Assembly (NCBI GenBank): GCA_038851075.1
Contig: JAWCLG010000002.1
Span: forward strand, 49,098 to 113,097
Source: Candidatus Hadarchaeales archaeon
Lineage (GTDB): Archaea > Hadarchaeota > Hadarchaeia > Hadarchaeales > Hadarchaeaceae
DNA length: 64,000 nt
Direction of reading: 5' to 3'
Below the pieces are notes generated by a model, which saw only the letters and a list, made by a program, of their open reading frames with translations, searched no databases and was not told where the DNA came from. This document shows, piece by piece, positions 53,919-63,810 of the stretch (within the stretch, counting starts at the first letter, position 1; each line of letters begins with the position of its first letter). Position numbers and translations under genes: made by a program.

Positions 53919-55250
53919 ATGATCGATAAAATTCTGATAGACAACGGAATTGTCCTCACAATGAACCACAGGCGAGAGATAATCAGGAATGGTTCCGTTC
54001 TTGTCGAGGGAAATAGAATAGTTGAAGTCGGCGAAGCTGATACGCTGAAAAAGAAGCATGCGCCTGACACCGTCATAGATGCAAGGGACAAGGTTGTGAT
54101 GCCGGGTCTTGTGAACCTGCACTTTCATTCTGACAACATGTCCAGAAGCGTTGGCGAACACATGGGTCTGGAAGAATGGCTCGACAATCTTTACTATCCA
54201 ATGTTGAAGGCAATGACTCCCGAAGACGTTTACTATTCAGCACTTCTAGCCTATGCCGAGGCCCTCCTCTCAGGGACAACAGTGGTTGACGATATGTACA
54301 TAAAGCTTCCGAGCTGTGCGGAGGCGGCAGAGAAAATAGGCATAAAGTCTGTCCTGTCAAGTACCACGGCAGACCTCGTAGAAGGACTTGAGAGTTTGCA
54401 TGATAATGAAAAATACGTTAGAGAGATAAAATCAAAGAGCGGCAGGGTGAAAGTGTGGTTTGGGGTCGAGTGGCTCCCACTTTGTTCAGATGAATTTCTC
54501 CAAAAAACCAGGGAGCTGGCAGACAGATACGAAACCGGGATACACATCCATTTGAATGAGTCCAAGGGAGAAGTGGATGTTTGCGTGGAGAAGTTTGGAA
54601 AGAGGCCAACGGAGCGCGCCCACGAGTTCGGGGTGATGGGACCGGACGTTGTTGCGGCTCACTGCGTCTGGCTCTCAGAGCGCGAGATGAAGCTCTACGC
54701 GGAGACCGGGACACATATATCCCACAATCCTGTTTCAAACGCCAAGCTGGGAAACGGGCTCGCCAAGGTGCCGGAACTCATGGAGCTCGGGGTGAACGTT
54801 GGGCTGGGGACTGATGATGCCCCATGCAATAATACAGTTAACATGTTCGAGACGATGAAGTTCGCATCCCTAGCCCAGAAGTCAAGGTTCACCGACGCCT
54901 CCCGGATGCCGGCCATGACCGTTCTGGAGATGGCAACGCTCAACGGGGCCAGGGCTCTCGGGATGGAGAAGGAGATAGGTTCGATAGAGCCCGGAAAAAG
55001 GGCAGACATCATCCTTGTGGACCTCAACGTCCCGAACATGAGACCGGTTCACTTCGGCGAGTACCCAAACATCTGTCAGAACCTCGTCTACTCCTCACTG
55101 GGGAACTCGGTTCACACGGTCATGGTTGACGGAAGGGTTGTTGTGAAGGGAGGAAAGCTGGTTACGATGGATCTGGGCAGCATCATCAGAAAGCACGGTG
55201 AGCTTGCGGCCGACCTGCTGGAGAGGAGAAAGGAGTTCATAGGGAGGTAG
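53919..55250 (+). CDS. Amidohydrolase, MTA/SAH-deaminase (SsnA/AtzA-like) family
   Basis: MPGLVNLHFH, HIHLNE, AAHCVW, HNPVSNAKL, GLGTDD. Confidence 0.9.
   Translation: MIDKILIDNGIVLTMNHRREIIRNGSVLVEGNRIVEVGEADTLKKKHAPDTVIDARDKVVMPGLVNLHFHSDNMSRSVGEHMGLEEWLDNLYYPMLKAMTPEDVYYSALLAYAEALLSGTTVVDDMYIKLPSCAEAAEKIGIKSVLSSTTADLVEGLESLHDNEKYVREIKSKSGRVKVWFGVEWLPLCSDEFLQKTRELADRYETGIHIHLNESKGEVDVCVEKFGKRPTERAHEFGVMGPDVVAAHCVWLSEREMKLYAETGTHISHNPVSNAKLGNGLAKVPELMELGVNVGLGTDDAPCNNTVNMFETMKFASLAQKSRFTDASRMPAMTVLEMATLNGARALGMEKEIGSIEPGKRADIILVDLNVPNMRPVHFGEYPNICQNLVYSSLGNSVHTVMVDGRVVVKGGKLVTMDLGSIIRKHGELAADLLERRKEFIGR
53925..54108 (+). repeat. Direct repeat copy 1 (184 nt, matches 63817-64000)
   Basis: Base-by-base comparison shows a single synonymous mismatch (GCG vs GCA). 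Confidence 0.95.
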
Positions 55251-55254
55251 GGGG

Positions 55255-56346
55255 ATGTTTTCGAAAGTTAAAGTCTGGTTTGGAAGAATGATAGTCCGAC
55301 TTGGAATAAGAAAATCGCAGGTTACCATGGGGTTGATGAACCTAGTAGCAATCGTCGCAGTTATTGCACTGACAATCGTTGTATCATCTCTGGTGGCCGG
55401 TGTAGATGTGGGGAGAAGTTTCTCAACTTTTCTAAGCCGCACAGTTGGTTCTGACCAGGGCATATTATTTGTGCTGAAAAGGGCCACTCCGCTTATAATC
55501 GCCTCGCTCGGGCTTGTGGTCGCTTTTCGTTCCGGTTTCTGGAATATAGGTGCAGAAGGACAGATAGCTATAGGTGCAATAGCTACAACCGGGGTCTGCC
55601 TCTACTTGGGACTACCCGGGATTATCGCCGTAATTATCTCCTTTTTGATGAGTTTCATGGCAGCCGGTCTTTACAGTGGGGTTTCCGGTTACCTGAGGAT
55701 AAGATGGGGAGTTAATGACATAGTTGTGACGATGATGATGAACTTCATAGCGCTTGGCATATTCCATTATCTTATATCGGGGCCTTGGTTCTGGAGAGAG
55801 GGGGGAGCCGTCGGGCTTTACTCAAGAACCGCCCCGATTCCATACGAGATGAGATTTCCGTTTATCAGCAATCCCCTGAGTTCCACATTCATATTGGCTA
55901 TAGCGCTCGTCTTTGTTGTATTCTTTCTCATGAAAATGACGGTTCTCGGATACAAAATGAAGGTCGTTGGCGATAACCAGAACGCCGCATTTTCACAGGG
56001 GATAAACGTCAGGCGAGTTTTTACGTCCAGCGCAATAATAAGCGGAGGGCTGTGCGGGATTACCGGCATGGCGCTTGTGCTCGGAGAGTTCTTCAGGATG
56101 CAGGCAGGCATAACCGGAAATTATGGGTTTTTTGCCATACCGATAGCTCTTTTCTGCAGGAACGAGCCCGCCCTGATACCATTTGGGGCCTTTTTGGTGG
56201 CGGTTATAATCGAAGGAACACTTTCACTTACTGTGCTGGGGATTCCATCAGCGCTTTCAGAAGTACTTCTTGGTATTCTTTTCCTTGTGGTGTTTTTCCC
56301 GGAATTGGTCAGGTGGATTAAAATGAGGAGGTCTAAAAAATGTTAG
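55255..56346 (+). CDS. Nucleoside-type ABC transporter permease 1
   Basis: ATPLI, WNIGAEGQ, VVGDN..AA. Confidence 0.9.
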   Translation: MFSKVKVWFGRMIVRLGIRKSQVTMGLMNLVAIVAVIALTIVVSSLVAGVDVGRSFSTFLSRTVGSDQGILFVLKRATPLIIASLGLVVAFRSGFWNIGAEGQIAIGAIATTGVCLYLGLPGIIAVIISFLMSFMAAGLYSGVSGYLRIRWGVNDIVVTMMMNFIALGIFHYLISGPWFWREGGAVGLYSRTAPIPYEMRFPFISNPLSSTFILAIALVFVVFFLMKMTVLGYKMKVVGDNQNAAFSQGINVRRVFTSSAIISGGLCGITGMALVLGEFFRMQAGITGNYGFFAIPIALFCRNEPALIPFGAFLVAVIIEGTLSLTVLGIPSALSEVLLGILFLVVFFPELVRWIKMRRSKKC

Positions 56347-57209
56347 ATGTTATAAGTTCGGTCCTCTCCTACTTTCCAGTTATAGGTTTGGCTGCTCTGG
56401 GAGGGCTGATCGGACAGAAGGCAGGAGTATACAACATAGCAACAGAAGGCATAATGCTTTTTGGCGCAGTTGGCGGACTTTACGGTTATTACGTTTCAGG
56501 TTCTCTGTGGGTCGGTCTTTTATTCGGACTATTTTTCGGGTCAATTTTCGGAGTTCTGCTGTCGGTCCTGACGGTATATTGCGCCTTGAATCAGATAGTT
56601 ATTGGATTCACCCTGTGGTTCCTCGCTGAAGGTCTTGGAAAATTCCTGTTCCCGGTGCTCCTTCCCGGGGCTTTTAAGGTTCCGGAGAGGTTCGGCTATA
56701 TACTTGGTTTTGATCAAGTTTTCTGGCTGGCGGTCATACTTTTTGCAGCAACCGTTGTGCTTTTCAGGTGGAGCAGGTACGGCATATCGATTCACGTGGC
56801 GGGTGAAAGTCCGGAAGTGGGGGATATTGCAGGAATAAATGTGTTCAGGGTGAGATGGATCTGCAACATAATAGGTGCGAGTTTGATGGGCATGGCTGGA
56901 GCGTATCTTTCAGTACACGTTCTTCAGGGATTTAACTATGAGATGGTTGCGGGTTACGGATGGGTGGCATTTGCAATAGTTCTGTTCGGAAGATTTTCAC
57001 CTATAGGGGTTTTCCTCGGGACTCTGTTCTTTTCCAGCATAATAGGCATACAGACGAGGCTTCAGGTAATCGGTGCGATGTTCCTGCCTTCGGAGCTGAT
57101 GGTGGTCCTGCCTCATATAGGGGTGGTTATTATCTTGGCGATAATCGGAATTCTTGGCAAAAAATCAGGTATTCCATCCGCGCTTGGAGTGCCATACAGA
57201 AGAGAATAA
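56340..57209 (+). CDS. Nucleoside-type ABC transporter permease 2
   Basis: AGVYNIATEGIML, AGESP....AGINV, GYGWVAFA, PSALGVPY. Confidence 0.9.
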   Translation: MLDVISSVLSYFPVIGLAALGGLIGQKAGVYNIATEGIMLFGAVGGLYGYYVSGSLWVGLLFGLFFGSIFGVLLSVLTVYCALNQIVIGFTLWFLAEGLGKFLFPVLLPGAFKVPERFGYILGFDQVFWLAVILFAATVVLFRWSRYGISIHVAGESPEVGDIAGINVFRVRWICNIIGASLMGMAGAYLSVHVLQGFNYEMVAGYGWVAFAIVLFGRFSPIGVFLGTLFFSSIIGIQTRLQVIGAMFLPSELMVVLPHIGVVIILAIIGILGKKSGIPSALGVPYRRE

Positions 57210-57218
57210 AGATGCATC

Positions 57219-58964
57219 ATGGTGGATGAAAGATTGAATGCCGGATACGCTGGCAGGATTCTGGATGTGAACTTGAATTACGGTGAAATAAAAGTAAAAG
57301 AAACTTCCAAAGAACACGTGAGGTGGATAGGAGGAGCCGGACTTGCTACAAAGTTGGTAACCGATCTTGTTGACCCAGGGGTCGATCCTTTCAGCGAATC
57401 AAATGTTCTGGTCTTCTGCACCGGACCTGTAACCGGCACCATACCGATGTCGAGCAGATACGTAGTCGCTTCAAAGTCACCACTTACCGGAACAATTGGA
57501 GATGCCGACTCTGGAGGGTTCTGGGGACCAGAGCTTAAGGGCGCCGGTTTTGACGCGATAATTGTGAGAGGAAGATCAAAAAGACCGGTTTTTATCTGGG
57601 CAGCGGACTCTGCAGCGGAGATCAGGGATGCCGGAGAGATATGGGGGATGGACACGCGTAGGACTGAAAACGAAATAAAAAAGCAATGCGGAAATTGTAA
57701 AGTGGCTTTAATAGGTCCTGCAGGGGAGAATCTTGTCAGGTTTTCAGTTATTCTAAACGATGGAGGAAGAGTGGCTGGGAGAAGCGGGCTCGGGGCTGTC
57801 ATGGGTTCAAAGAATCTGAAGGCAATCGCTGTGAAAGGAGATTTTGAGTACAGCCTCTCTGACGACGCAAAAGCCTTGGTAACCGAGATGACGCGGCATC
57901 TGATCAGCAGGGACGGTGTTAAGAGGCTTTCAAGTTTCGGCACAGGAGCGTATCTGGAGATTTTTCTGTCTAGAGGAAATCTTCCGCTGAAAAACTGGTC
58001 TCAGGATGACTGGTCGGAGGACTCTGCGAGGAGGATTTCCGCCAATAGACTATCCGAGTTCGTCAATGTTAAGATGAAAGCGTGCAGGCTCTGCCCGGTT
58101 GGCTGTGAGAAGAGAATAGAGTACGACGGAGTGGAGGAGAAGGGTCCTGAATATGAAACGATAGCAGCCCTCGGTTCACTCTGCCTCATTGACGATCCTA
58201 TGGAAATCGTGCGGGCAAACAGTATATGCAATCTGCTCGGTGTGGACACAATAGAGACAGGAACTCTTGTTGCGTTCTTGATGGAATGTGTTGAGAGGAA
58301 AATTTTGTCAGAGAAAACAATAGGAGTCCCGCTTTCGTGGGGTAACGGGGACAGAATCCCGGATTTGGTTGAAATGATCTCATTCAGGCGCGGCTACGGC
58401 AATTTTCTTGCAGAGGGGGTTAAAAGAGTCTCAGATCTGCTGGAGCCTGAGGCGGCCAGCTTGGCAATGCATGTGAAAGGGGCCCCCATATGCATGCATG
58501 ACCCCAGGGTTCAGCAGGATAGAGGACTTAACTATGCAACTCTGCCTTCGGGTGCCTACCACGGTAAGGGAGGAAGCAATTACGCTGGACTCCCAGAAAG
58601 TCGAAGTCTGGCGGAGGAGTTAGTTAGAAGGCAGAACATGGCGGAAGTTATAGACAGTCTTGTAATGTGCTCCTTTGCGTTCGAGATTTGGGCCGGTGGA
58701 CTCCCTGTGGAGTTCATACCGAGGATACTGAGGTGCACATCAAATATCGATCTCAGTTTGTCAGATCTTGATAAAATCGGAGGAGATATATTCAATATGA
58801 AAGTTTCATTCACGAAAGCAGCTTTAGGCATTGAGAGAATAGGTGAAAAACTGCCAGAGAGGTTTAAGGTCGTGCCACGCGTTCGTGAAGGGGTTGTCCA
58901 CACCTTTGATGCAGAGAGATACTTGGGGGAATATCACATGCTCAGAGGTAGATCCCGGAATTAG
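57219..58964 (+). CDS. Tungsten aldehyde:ferredoxin oxidoreductase family protein 2
   Basis: KSPLTG, DADSGG, IGPAGEN, GRSGLGAVMGSKNLK, CRLCPVGC, GPEYET. Confidence 0.92.
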   Translation: MVDERLNAGYAGRILDVNLNYGEIKVKETSKEHVRWIGGAGLATKLVTDLVDPGVDPFSESNVLVFCTGPVTGTIPMSSRYVVASKSPLTGTIGDADSGGFWGPELKGAGFDAIIVRGRSKRPVFIWAADSAAEIRDAGEIWGMDTRRTENEIKKQCGNCKVALIGPAGENLVRFSVILNDGGRVAGRSGLGAVMGSKNLKAIAVKGDFEYSLSDDAKALVTEMTRHLISRDGVKRLSSFGTGAYLEIFLSRGNLPLKNWSQDDWSEDSARRISANRLSEFVNVKMKACRLCPVGCEKRIEYDGVEEKGPEYETIAALGSLCLIDDPMEIVRANSICNLLGVDTIETGTLVAFLMECVERKILSEKTIGVPLSWGNGDRIPDLVEMISFRRGYGNFLAEGVKRVSDLLEPEAASLAMHVKGAPICMHDPRVQQDRGLNYATLPSGAYHGKGGSNYAGLPESRSLAEELVRRQNMAEVIDSLVMCSFAFEIWAGGLPVEFIPRILRCTSNIDLSLSDLDKIGGDIFNMKVSFTKAALGIERIGEKLPERFKVVPRVREGVVHTFDAERYLGEYHMLRGRSRN

Positions 58965-58998
58965 GTCTAGCGCTGTCTCATCTGTTTTGTTCTGAAAC

Positions 58999-60021
58999 CT
59001 ATGGCATTGCAACAACGCGGCCAATAATCTTTCTTTCTTTAATCTGGTCCAGCGCGCTCGGTATCTCTTCAAGGCTGATTGTTTTTGAAACAACCGGGCT
59101 TATCTTTTTCATATGGGCGAGGTTTACCACATCTACCAGGTTTTGGTGAGTGTACGAGACAGAACCTATCACGTGATATTCACCTACAACCAGCAGAAGC
59201 GGACTCACCTCGAGCAGGTCTTTTGTGTATCCTATTATCACATACCTTCCCATTTTTGCCAAGCTGTTTATCGCGTTGCTCATGGTCTTTTTTAGACCCA
59301 CGAGCTCAACGGCAACGTTCACACCCTTTCCGCCGGTCATCTTCTTTATCTCTTCACCAACGTTTTCTGTCGACCCGTCAATAACTCCGTCCGCTCCCAT
59401 CTCCTCAGCGAGCTTTAGCTTTTCTTTAGATACATCCACTACAAAGACCCTGGCACCGATGTGTTTCGCCACCTGAAAGGCGCTTGTCCCAAGCCCACCA
59501 AAACCGTTTATCAGAAGACTTTCTCCGGACTGAAGTTTGGCCAGATCCACGAGCGCATGATAGACCGATCCAACAGCGCATGGCAGAACTGCCGCTTTCT
59601 CAAACGGCACATCGCTGGGGAGTTTTATCAGAGTTCTTTCAACGGTTTTCACGTACTCGGCGTATCCGCCGTCTATCGTAAATCCATGCTGGTCTAGGTC
59701 AGAACATAAGTTCTGCTTCCCCATCCTGCAGTAATCACACTTGCCGCAGCTTTTGTTGTTGTTGACGACGACGCGGTCTCCTTTTTTAAAGTTTTTAATG
59801 TTTTTTCCTGTTTCTTCTACTTCACCAGCGATCTCATGGCCGAGTGTTATAGGCAGCGTTCCTTTCCACGGGACCAGTGTACCATCAAGAAAGTGAAGAT
59901 CAGTGTGGCAGACTCCAGCAGCCTTAATTTTTATAAGAACTTCATCGTCCCCGATTTGCGGAACTTCGACGTTTTCTACCTTAAGCGGTTTATTTGGCCC
60001 GTAGTATCTCACAGCTTTCAT
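58999..60021 (-). CDS. Zinc-dependent alcohol dehydrogenase (MDR family)
   Basis: GVCHTD, GHE, CGKCDYC...C, GFGGLG. Confidence 0.94.
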   Translation of the reverse strand: MKAVRYYGPNKPLKVENVEVPQIGDDEVLIKIKAAGVCHTDLHFLDGTLVPWKGTLPITLGHEIAGEVEETGKNIKNFKKGDRVVVNNNKSCGKCDYCRMGKQNLCSDLDQHGFTIDGGYAEYVKTVERTLIKLPSDVPFEKAAVLPCAVGSVYHALVDLAKLQSGESLLINGFGGLGTSAFQVAKHIGARVFVVDVSKEKLKLAEEMGADGVIDGSTENVGEEIKKMTGGKGVNVAVELVGLKKTMSNAINSLAKMGRYVIIGYTKDLLEVSPLLLVVGEYHVIGSVSYTHQNLVDVVNLAHMKKISPVVSKTISLEEIPSALDQIKERKIIGRVVAMP

Positions 60022-60142
60022 GATTTCGGTTTATTTTGCACTTTGGTTGTAATAAGTTTAACGGTCAAACGGCTTATAAAATATGCCCGCAAATAAAACG
60101 ATGACAAAAAAATAAAAAATTAGATTTGATAGCGCCCGTTGT

Positions 60143-61207
60143 TTAGTCCACCCATTCACTATTATCCGGCACGACAACAGTTCCGTTTATGATGTTCTCC
60201 TTGAGTTCAGCAGCATACGCCTTTATCTCCTCGGTAACCATGTTGCCCCATGTTGGGATATCCAGCGATCCGTCCTCCAGGCTGAGGTAAATCTCAGCAC
60301 TTGCCGATCTAAGATTGTTCCAAGTGCCGTTCACTATGGCCTCCACGGCCCTTTCCAGCGGTTTAGTCCAGTCCCAGATGCATGACCCGAACAGAGTATC
60401 CGGATAGTACTGTACCATGTCAATGTACTCCTGAGTTGTGTACATCCCTAGGGCCGCAGCTTCGAGTGTTCCGGCGAAATCATCCTGGTTTATGAATACC
60501 ACATCGATTCCTGCCTCATGGAAGCTCCTCACAGTGTCTCTCGCCCTAGCGGGATCGGAATAACTATTCATGTCAACCCTTGTAACGGTGATATTCGGAT
60601 TTGAGTATCTGGCGCCCTCCCTGAACGGATTTGCCACCGTTCTGTTTGCTCTTGGTCCGGGAATTGCTATTATCAGCCCGAGTTTATTGGTCTGTGTCAA
60701 AAGTCCTGCAACTGCTCCGGCTATGAAGTGAAGCTGGTGCACATTGGCGGCATTTATGCATATCATGTTGTTTGGAATTGAGTATGGAGCATTTTCTATC
60801 GGCCCCGCTTCCCATTCCTGAATGAAGTACACGTCTGGGTGCCGCTCCGCGGCAGCGATAGCAGCTTCGATAAATTCGTCAGTTTCAACGTAAACAATGT
60901 CATAAGTTGAGGCCGCCTGTTCGATTACGCTTGCAACGTCTTGTATGCCGGTTTCTTCAATCCAGGTGTAGACAATGCCATATCTTCCGCAGACTGACTC
61001 GACAGCCTTGGCATGGCTTGGAGACCAAGTGCCTTCATCATGATGCCACCACATCACAACACCCATGGTGAGCTGTGTCGGCTGCGGGGTTGGGGTCGTT
61101 TGTTCCACAGTTTTGGGTGCTATAACGTATCCTACTCCGACACCAATCACTAGTCCGATTATAAGCGCTATCACAAAAACAACGGATGTTGCCATTCCTC
61201 TTTCCAT
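60143..61207 (-). CDS. BMP/PnrA-family ABC substrate-binding protein
   Basis: N-terminal anchor plus PT linker, AAERHPDVYF, FIAGAVAG..TQTNKLG, SYSDP..A. Confidence 0.85.
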   Translation of the reverse strand: MERGMATSVVFVIALIIGLVIGVGVGYVIAPKTVEQTTPTPQPTQLTMGVVMWWHHDEGTWSPSHAKAVESVCGRYGIVYTWIEETGIQDVASVIEQAASTYDIVYVETDEFIEAAIAAAERHPDVYFIQEWEAGPIENAPYSIPNNMICINAANVHQLHFIAGAVAGLLTQTNKLGLIIAIPGPRANRTVANPFREGARYSNPNITVTRVDMNSYSDPARARDTVRSFHEAGIDVVFINQDDFAGTLEAAALGMYTTQEYIDMVQYYPDTLFGSCIWDWTKPLERAVEAIVNGTWNNLRSASAEIYLSLEDGSLDIPTWGNMVTEEIKAYAAELKENIINGTVVVPDNSEWVD

Positions 61208-61351
61208 TTTTCCCCACCTTTTTTGATAAACTCTGGAGAGTACTTGTTTTTATCTCTTGCGGACGTAATCGCTTTTTGTATTTGACAAAAACACGTTTGT
61301 CTGCTGACCGAAATTTATTTTAGATATAAAGAAAAAATAACACGTGAGTTT

Positions 61352-62029
61352 ATGAGATTTACAGACCTTTTATATAAAAAAAATAAAGATCTGTGGGATT
61401 TGCAACTTAATCACCCTTTTATCAGGGAGATGGGCGAGGGCACTCTTGACGTTGCAAAGTTCAGATTTTATGCGAAGGAGAACTACAAGTATCTCAAAGC
61501 TTACGCGAGGGTACTGGCTGCGGCCGTTTCTCGATCCCGTGAGGAAGACATGATGAAGAAACTGCTTGAGCTTCTAAATTTCACCGTTAACGTTGAGATA
61601 GATCTTAATCGCAACTACGCGTTGGAGCTAGGAGTATCGATAAAGGAGCTGGAAAACGAGGAGATGGCACCCGTGACAAAAGCGTATTCCGATCATCTGC
61701 TCTCCGCAGCTGGAGAGGGACTCTGTGAGGTTCTGGTGGCAGTTCTTCCGTGTTACTGGGGCTATCATGAGGTGTTTACCAGCTTAAAGTCTAGGATATC
61801 CAAAAAAATAAATGCAATTTACTCCAGAACGATAGACCTCTATTCCGGTGAAGAAGGAAAAAAGGTAACAGTTTTATTGAGGGGCATAATAGACAGGCTT
61901 GCCAAAGAAGTGGGAGACAGCGAAAAAAAGAAACTTGAGGAGATATTCAGGATGAGCAGCAGATATGAATATCTTTTCTGGGATGCCGCGTATAATTTAA
62001 TAATGTGGCCCGACGTTGGTAGGGGATGA
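61352..62029 (+). CDS. tenA: Thiaminase II / aminopyrimidine aminohydrolase
   Basis: HPF..MGEGTL..FRFY, LPCYWGY catalytic Cys, SRYEYLFWD. Confidence 0.9.
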   Translation: MRFTDLLYKKNKDLWDLQLNHPFIREMGEGTLDVAKFRFYAKENYKYLKAYARVLAAAVSRSREEDMMKKLLELLNFTVNVEIDLNRNYALELGVSIKELENEEMAPVTKAYSDHLLSAAGEGLCEVLVAVLPCYWGYHEVFTSLKSRISKKINAIYSRTIDLYSGEEGKKVTVLLRGIIDRLAKEVGDSEKKKLEEIFRMSSRYEYLFWDAAYNLIMWPDVGRG

Positions 62030-63786
62030 AACGAATGGAACATTATAAACTTGACAAGATAATGCGCGTAGACCTGAAAAACGGATTAATAAGTTCTGAG
62101 CAGCTTGATAAAAAGGCAGAGACGTTCATCGGGGGAAAGGGCATAGGGGTTTACTACCTTTTGAAAGAGCTTAAACCAAAAATAGACCCGCTTTCTCCAG
62201 AAAACAAGCTCATATTTGCTTGGGGCCCGCTGACCGGAATAGCCCCCACAACCTCCAGGCTTGTGGTTTGTACAAAGTCACCGCTTACCGGTGCTTTCTT
62301 GGACTCGTATTCTGGCGGAGTGTTTCCCGCCAAGCTTAGGTTTGGATTACCTGGCCACGTTGGAATAATTTTTGAGGGAAGGGCGGATAGGCTATCATAT
62401 CTCTTCATTGATCACGGAAATGCTGAGCTCAGGGATGCAAGCGAATTGAAAGGATTGAGCGTTGCGGAGCTCTACGGCAAGTTCGGAAATGGTGTTGAGA
62501 TAGCAGGCATAGGCGTCGGCGGAGAGAATATGGTCAGATATGCAACGATTTCTTCTGATTGGGGTACTCATCATGCTGGAAGAGGGGGAGCCGGTGCGGT
62601 GATGGGATCCAAGAATTTGAAGTGCGTTGTTGTAAAAAGCGATCCACCTGTTTTGCCAAAGGCGCTGAAGGAACTCTCTATAAAATACGTGAAGAAGCTG
62701 AGAGAAAATCCTGGAACTCAGTGGGCCATCCAGATTGGAACAGCGGGCACCACTTTTTCATCTCAGAGTGCGGGCATCCTGCCGACCAGAGGGTGGTCAA
62801 TGGGTAGATTCGATGGCTATGATGGGATAGGTCCTGAAAAAGTCAAGGAGAGTGTGGTAGAAAGGAAGACGTGTTACAACTGTCCTCTGGCATGCGGCTA
62901 TTCTCTGAGGCTCAAGGGCAAGTATGAGATAAACACGAGAAAGGGTCCCGAGTACGAAACAATTGCAATGATGGGTCCAAACTGCGGCATATCGGATCTC
63001 AGCGCTGTTTCAAAGCTGGACATGACATGCGGTGAGTACGGCATAGACACAATTGAGGTTGGGGGTATCTTGGGCTGGCTCATGAGATGCAATCAGGAGG
63101 GAATCAGAATTCACGATATAAAGTTTGGAGATGTTGAAAAAGGATTGGATCTGATAGAAGAAATCGCTCGCAGGAAAGGCGATCTCGGAAACGTTCTTGC
63201 TGATGGCATAAGAAAGGCCGTATCCGCTTATGGTGGCAAAGAATTTGCAGCCGAGTGCAAGGGAATGTGTTATCCGGGATATGACCCCCGAGGTAGCGTT
63301 GCCATGGCTCTTGCGTATGCAACGAGCGATCGGGGCGCATGTCACAAGCGATCCTGGGCGGTCGGTGCAACTACCTTCTGGGGCGATGCTGCTTTTGACT
63401 ATGAGAGGGCCCCAGCCTTCGTTAAAAACGATCATATTAACAATTCGGTGCTCTGGTGCCTCGCGATATGTGACTTTGGGAGCCCGGCTTATCTGGAGGA
63501 CCTTGGAAAGGAATGGCTGGATTCCCTCGGGTACAGTTTTACAGTAGAGGATCTTAGGTCAATAGGTGCCCGCGTCTGGAACATGGCCAGAGAATTCAAT
63601 GTTAGAGAGGGTTTTGACAGGAAGGACGATTCGCTCCCAGAGATAATGAAAAGAAAACTTGAGGGTGAAGGGCCAGCGAGCGGCAGGAGTATAGATCAGG
63701 AAAAATTCAGCATGATGCTTGATAAATATTATGAGATGGTTGGGTGGACAAAAGACGGTAAGCCGACAGATAGTGACACTGGGTGA
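62026..63786 (+). CDS. Tungsten aldehyde:ferredoxin oxidoreductase family protein 3
   Basis: KSPLTG, DSYSGG, AGRGGAGAVMGSKNLK, CYNCPLAC, GPEYET, DRGACH. Confidence 0.93.
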   Translation: MKRMEHYKLDKIMRVDLKNGLISSEQLDKKAETFIGGKGIGVYYLLKELKPKIDPLSPENKLIFAWGPLTGIAPTTSRLVVCTKSPLTGAFLDSYSGGVFPAKLRFGLPGHVGIIFEGRADRLSYLFIDHGNAELRDASELKGLSVAELYGKFGNGVEIAGIGVGGENMVRYATISSDWGTHHAGRGGAGAVMGSKNLKCVVVKSDPPVLPKALKELSIKYVKKLRENPGTQWAIQIGTAGTTFSSQSAGILPTRGWSMGRFDGYDGIGPEKVKESVVERKTCYNCPLACGYSLRLKGKYEINTRKGPEYETIAMMGPNCGISDLSAVSKLDMTCGEYGIDTIEVGGILGWLMRCNQEGIRIHDIKFGDVEKGLDLIEEIARRKGDLGNVLADGIRKAVSAYGGKEFAAECKGMCYPGYDPRGSVAMALAYATSDRGACHKRSWAVGATTFWGDAAFDYERAPAFVKNDHINNSVLWCLAICDFGSPAYLEDLGKEWLDSLGYSFTVEDLRSIGARVWNMAREFNVREGFDRKDDSLPEIMKRKLEGEGPASGRSIDQEKFSMMLDKYYEMVGWTKDGKPTDSDTG

Positions 63787-63810
63787 TTTATTAGGGGTCT
63801 GGAGGACAAA

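Noticed and set aside
61208-61351. TPP riboswitch or shared AACACGT operator (also near 52290) upstream of tenA
   Set aside because: No TPP aptamer core; the 7-mer is too short and too infrequent to distinguish from chance
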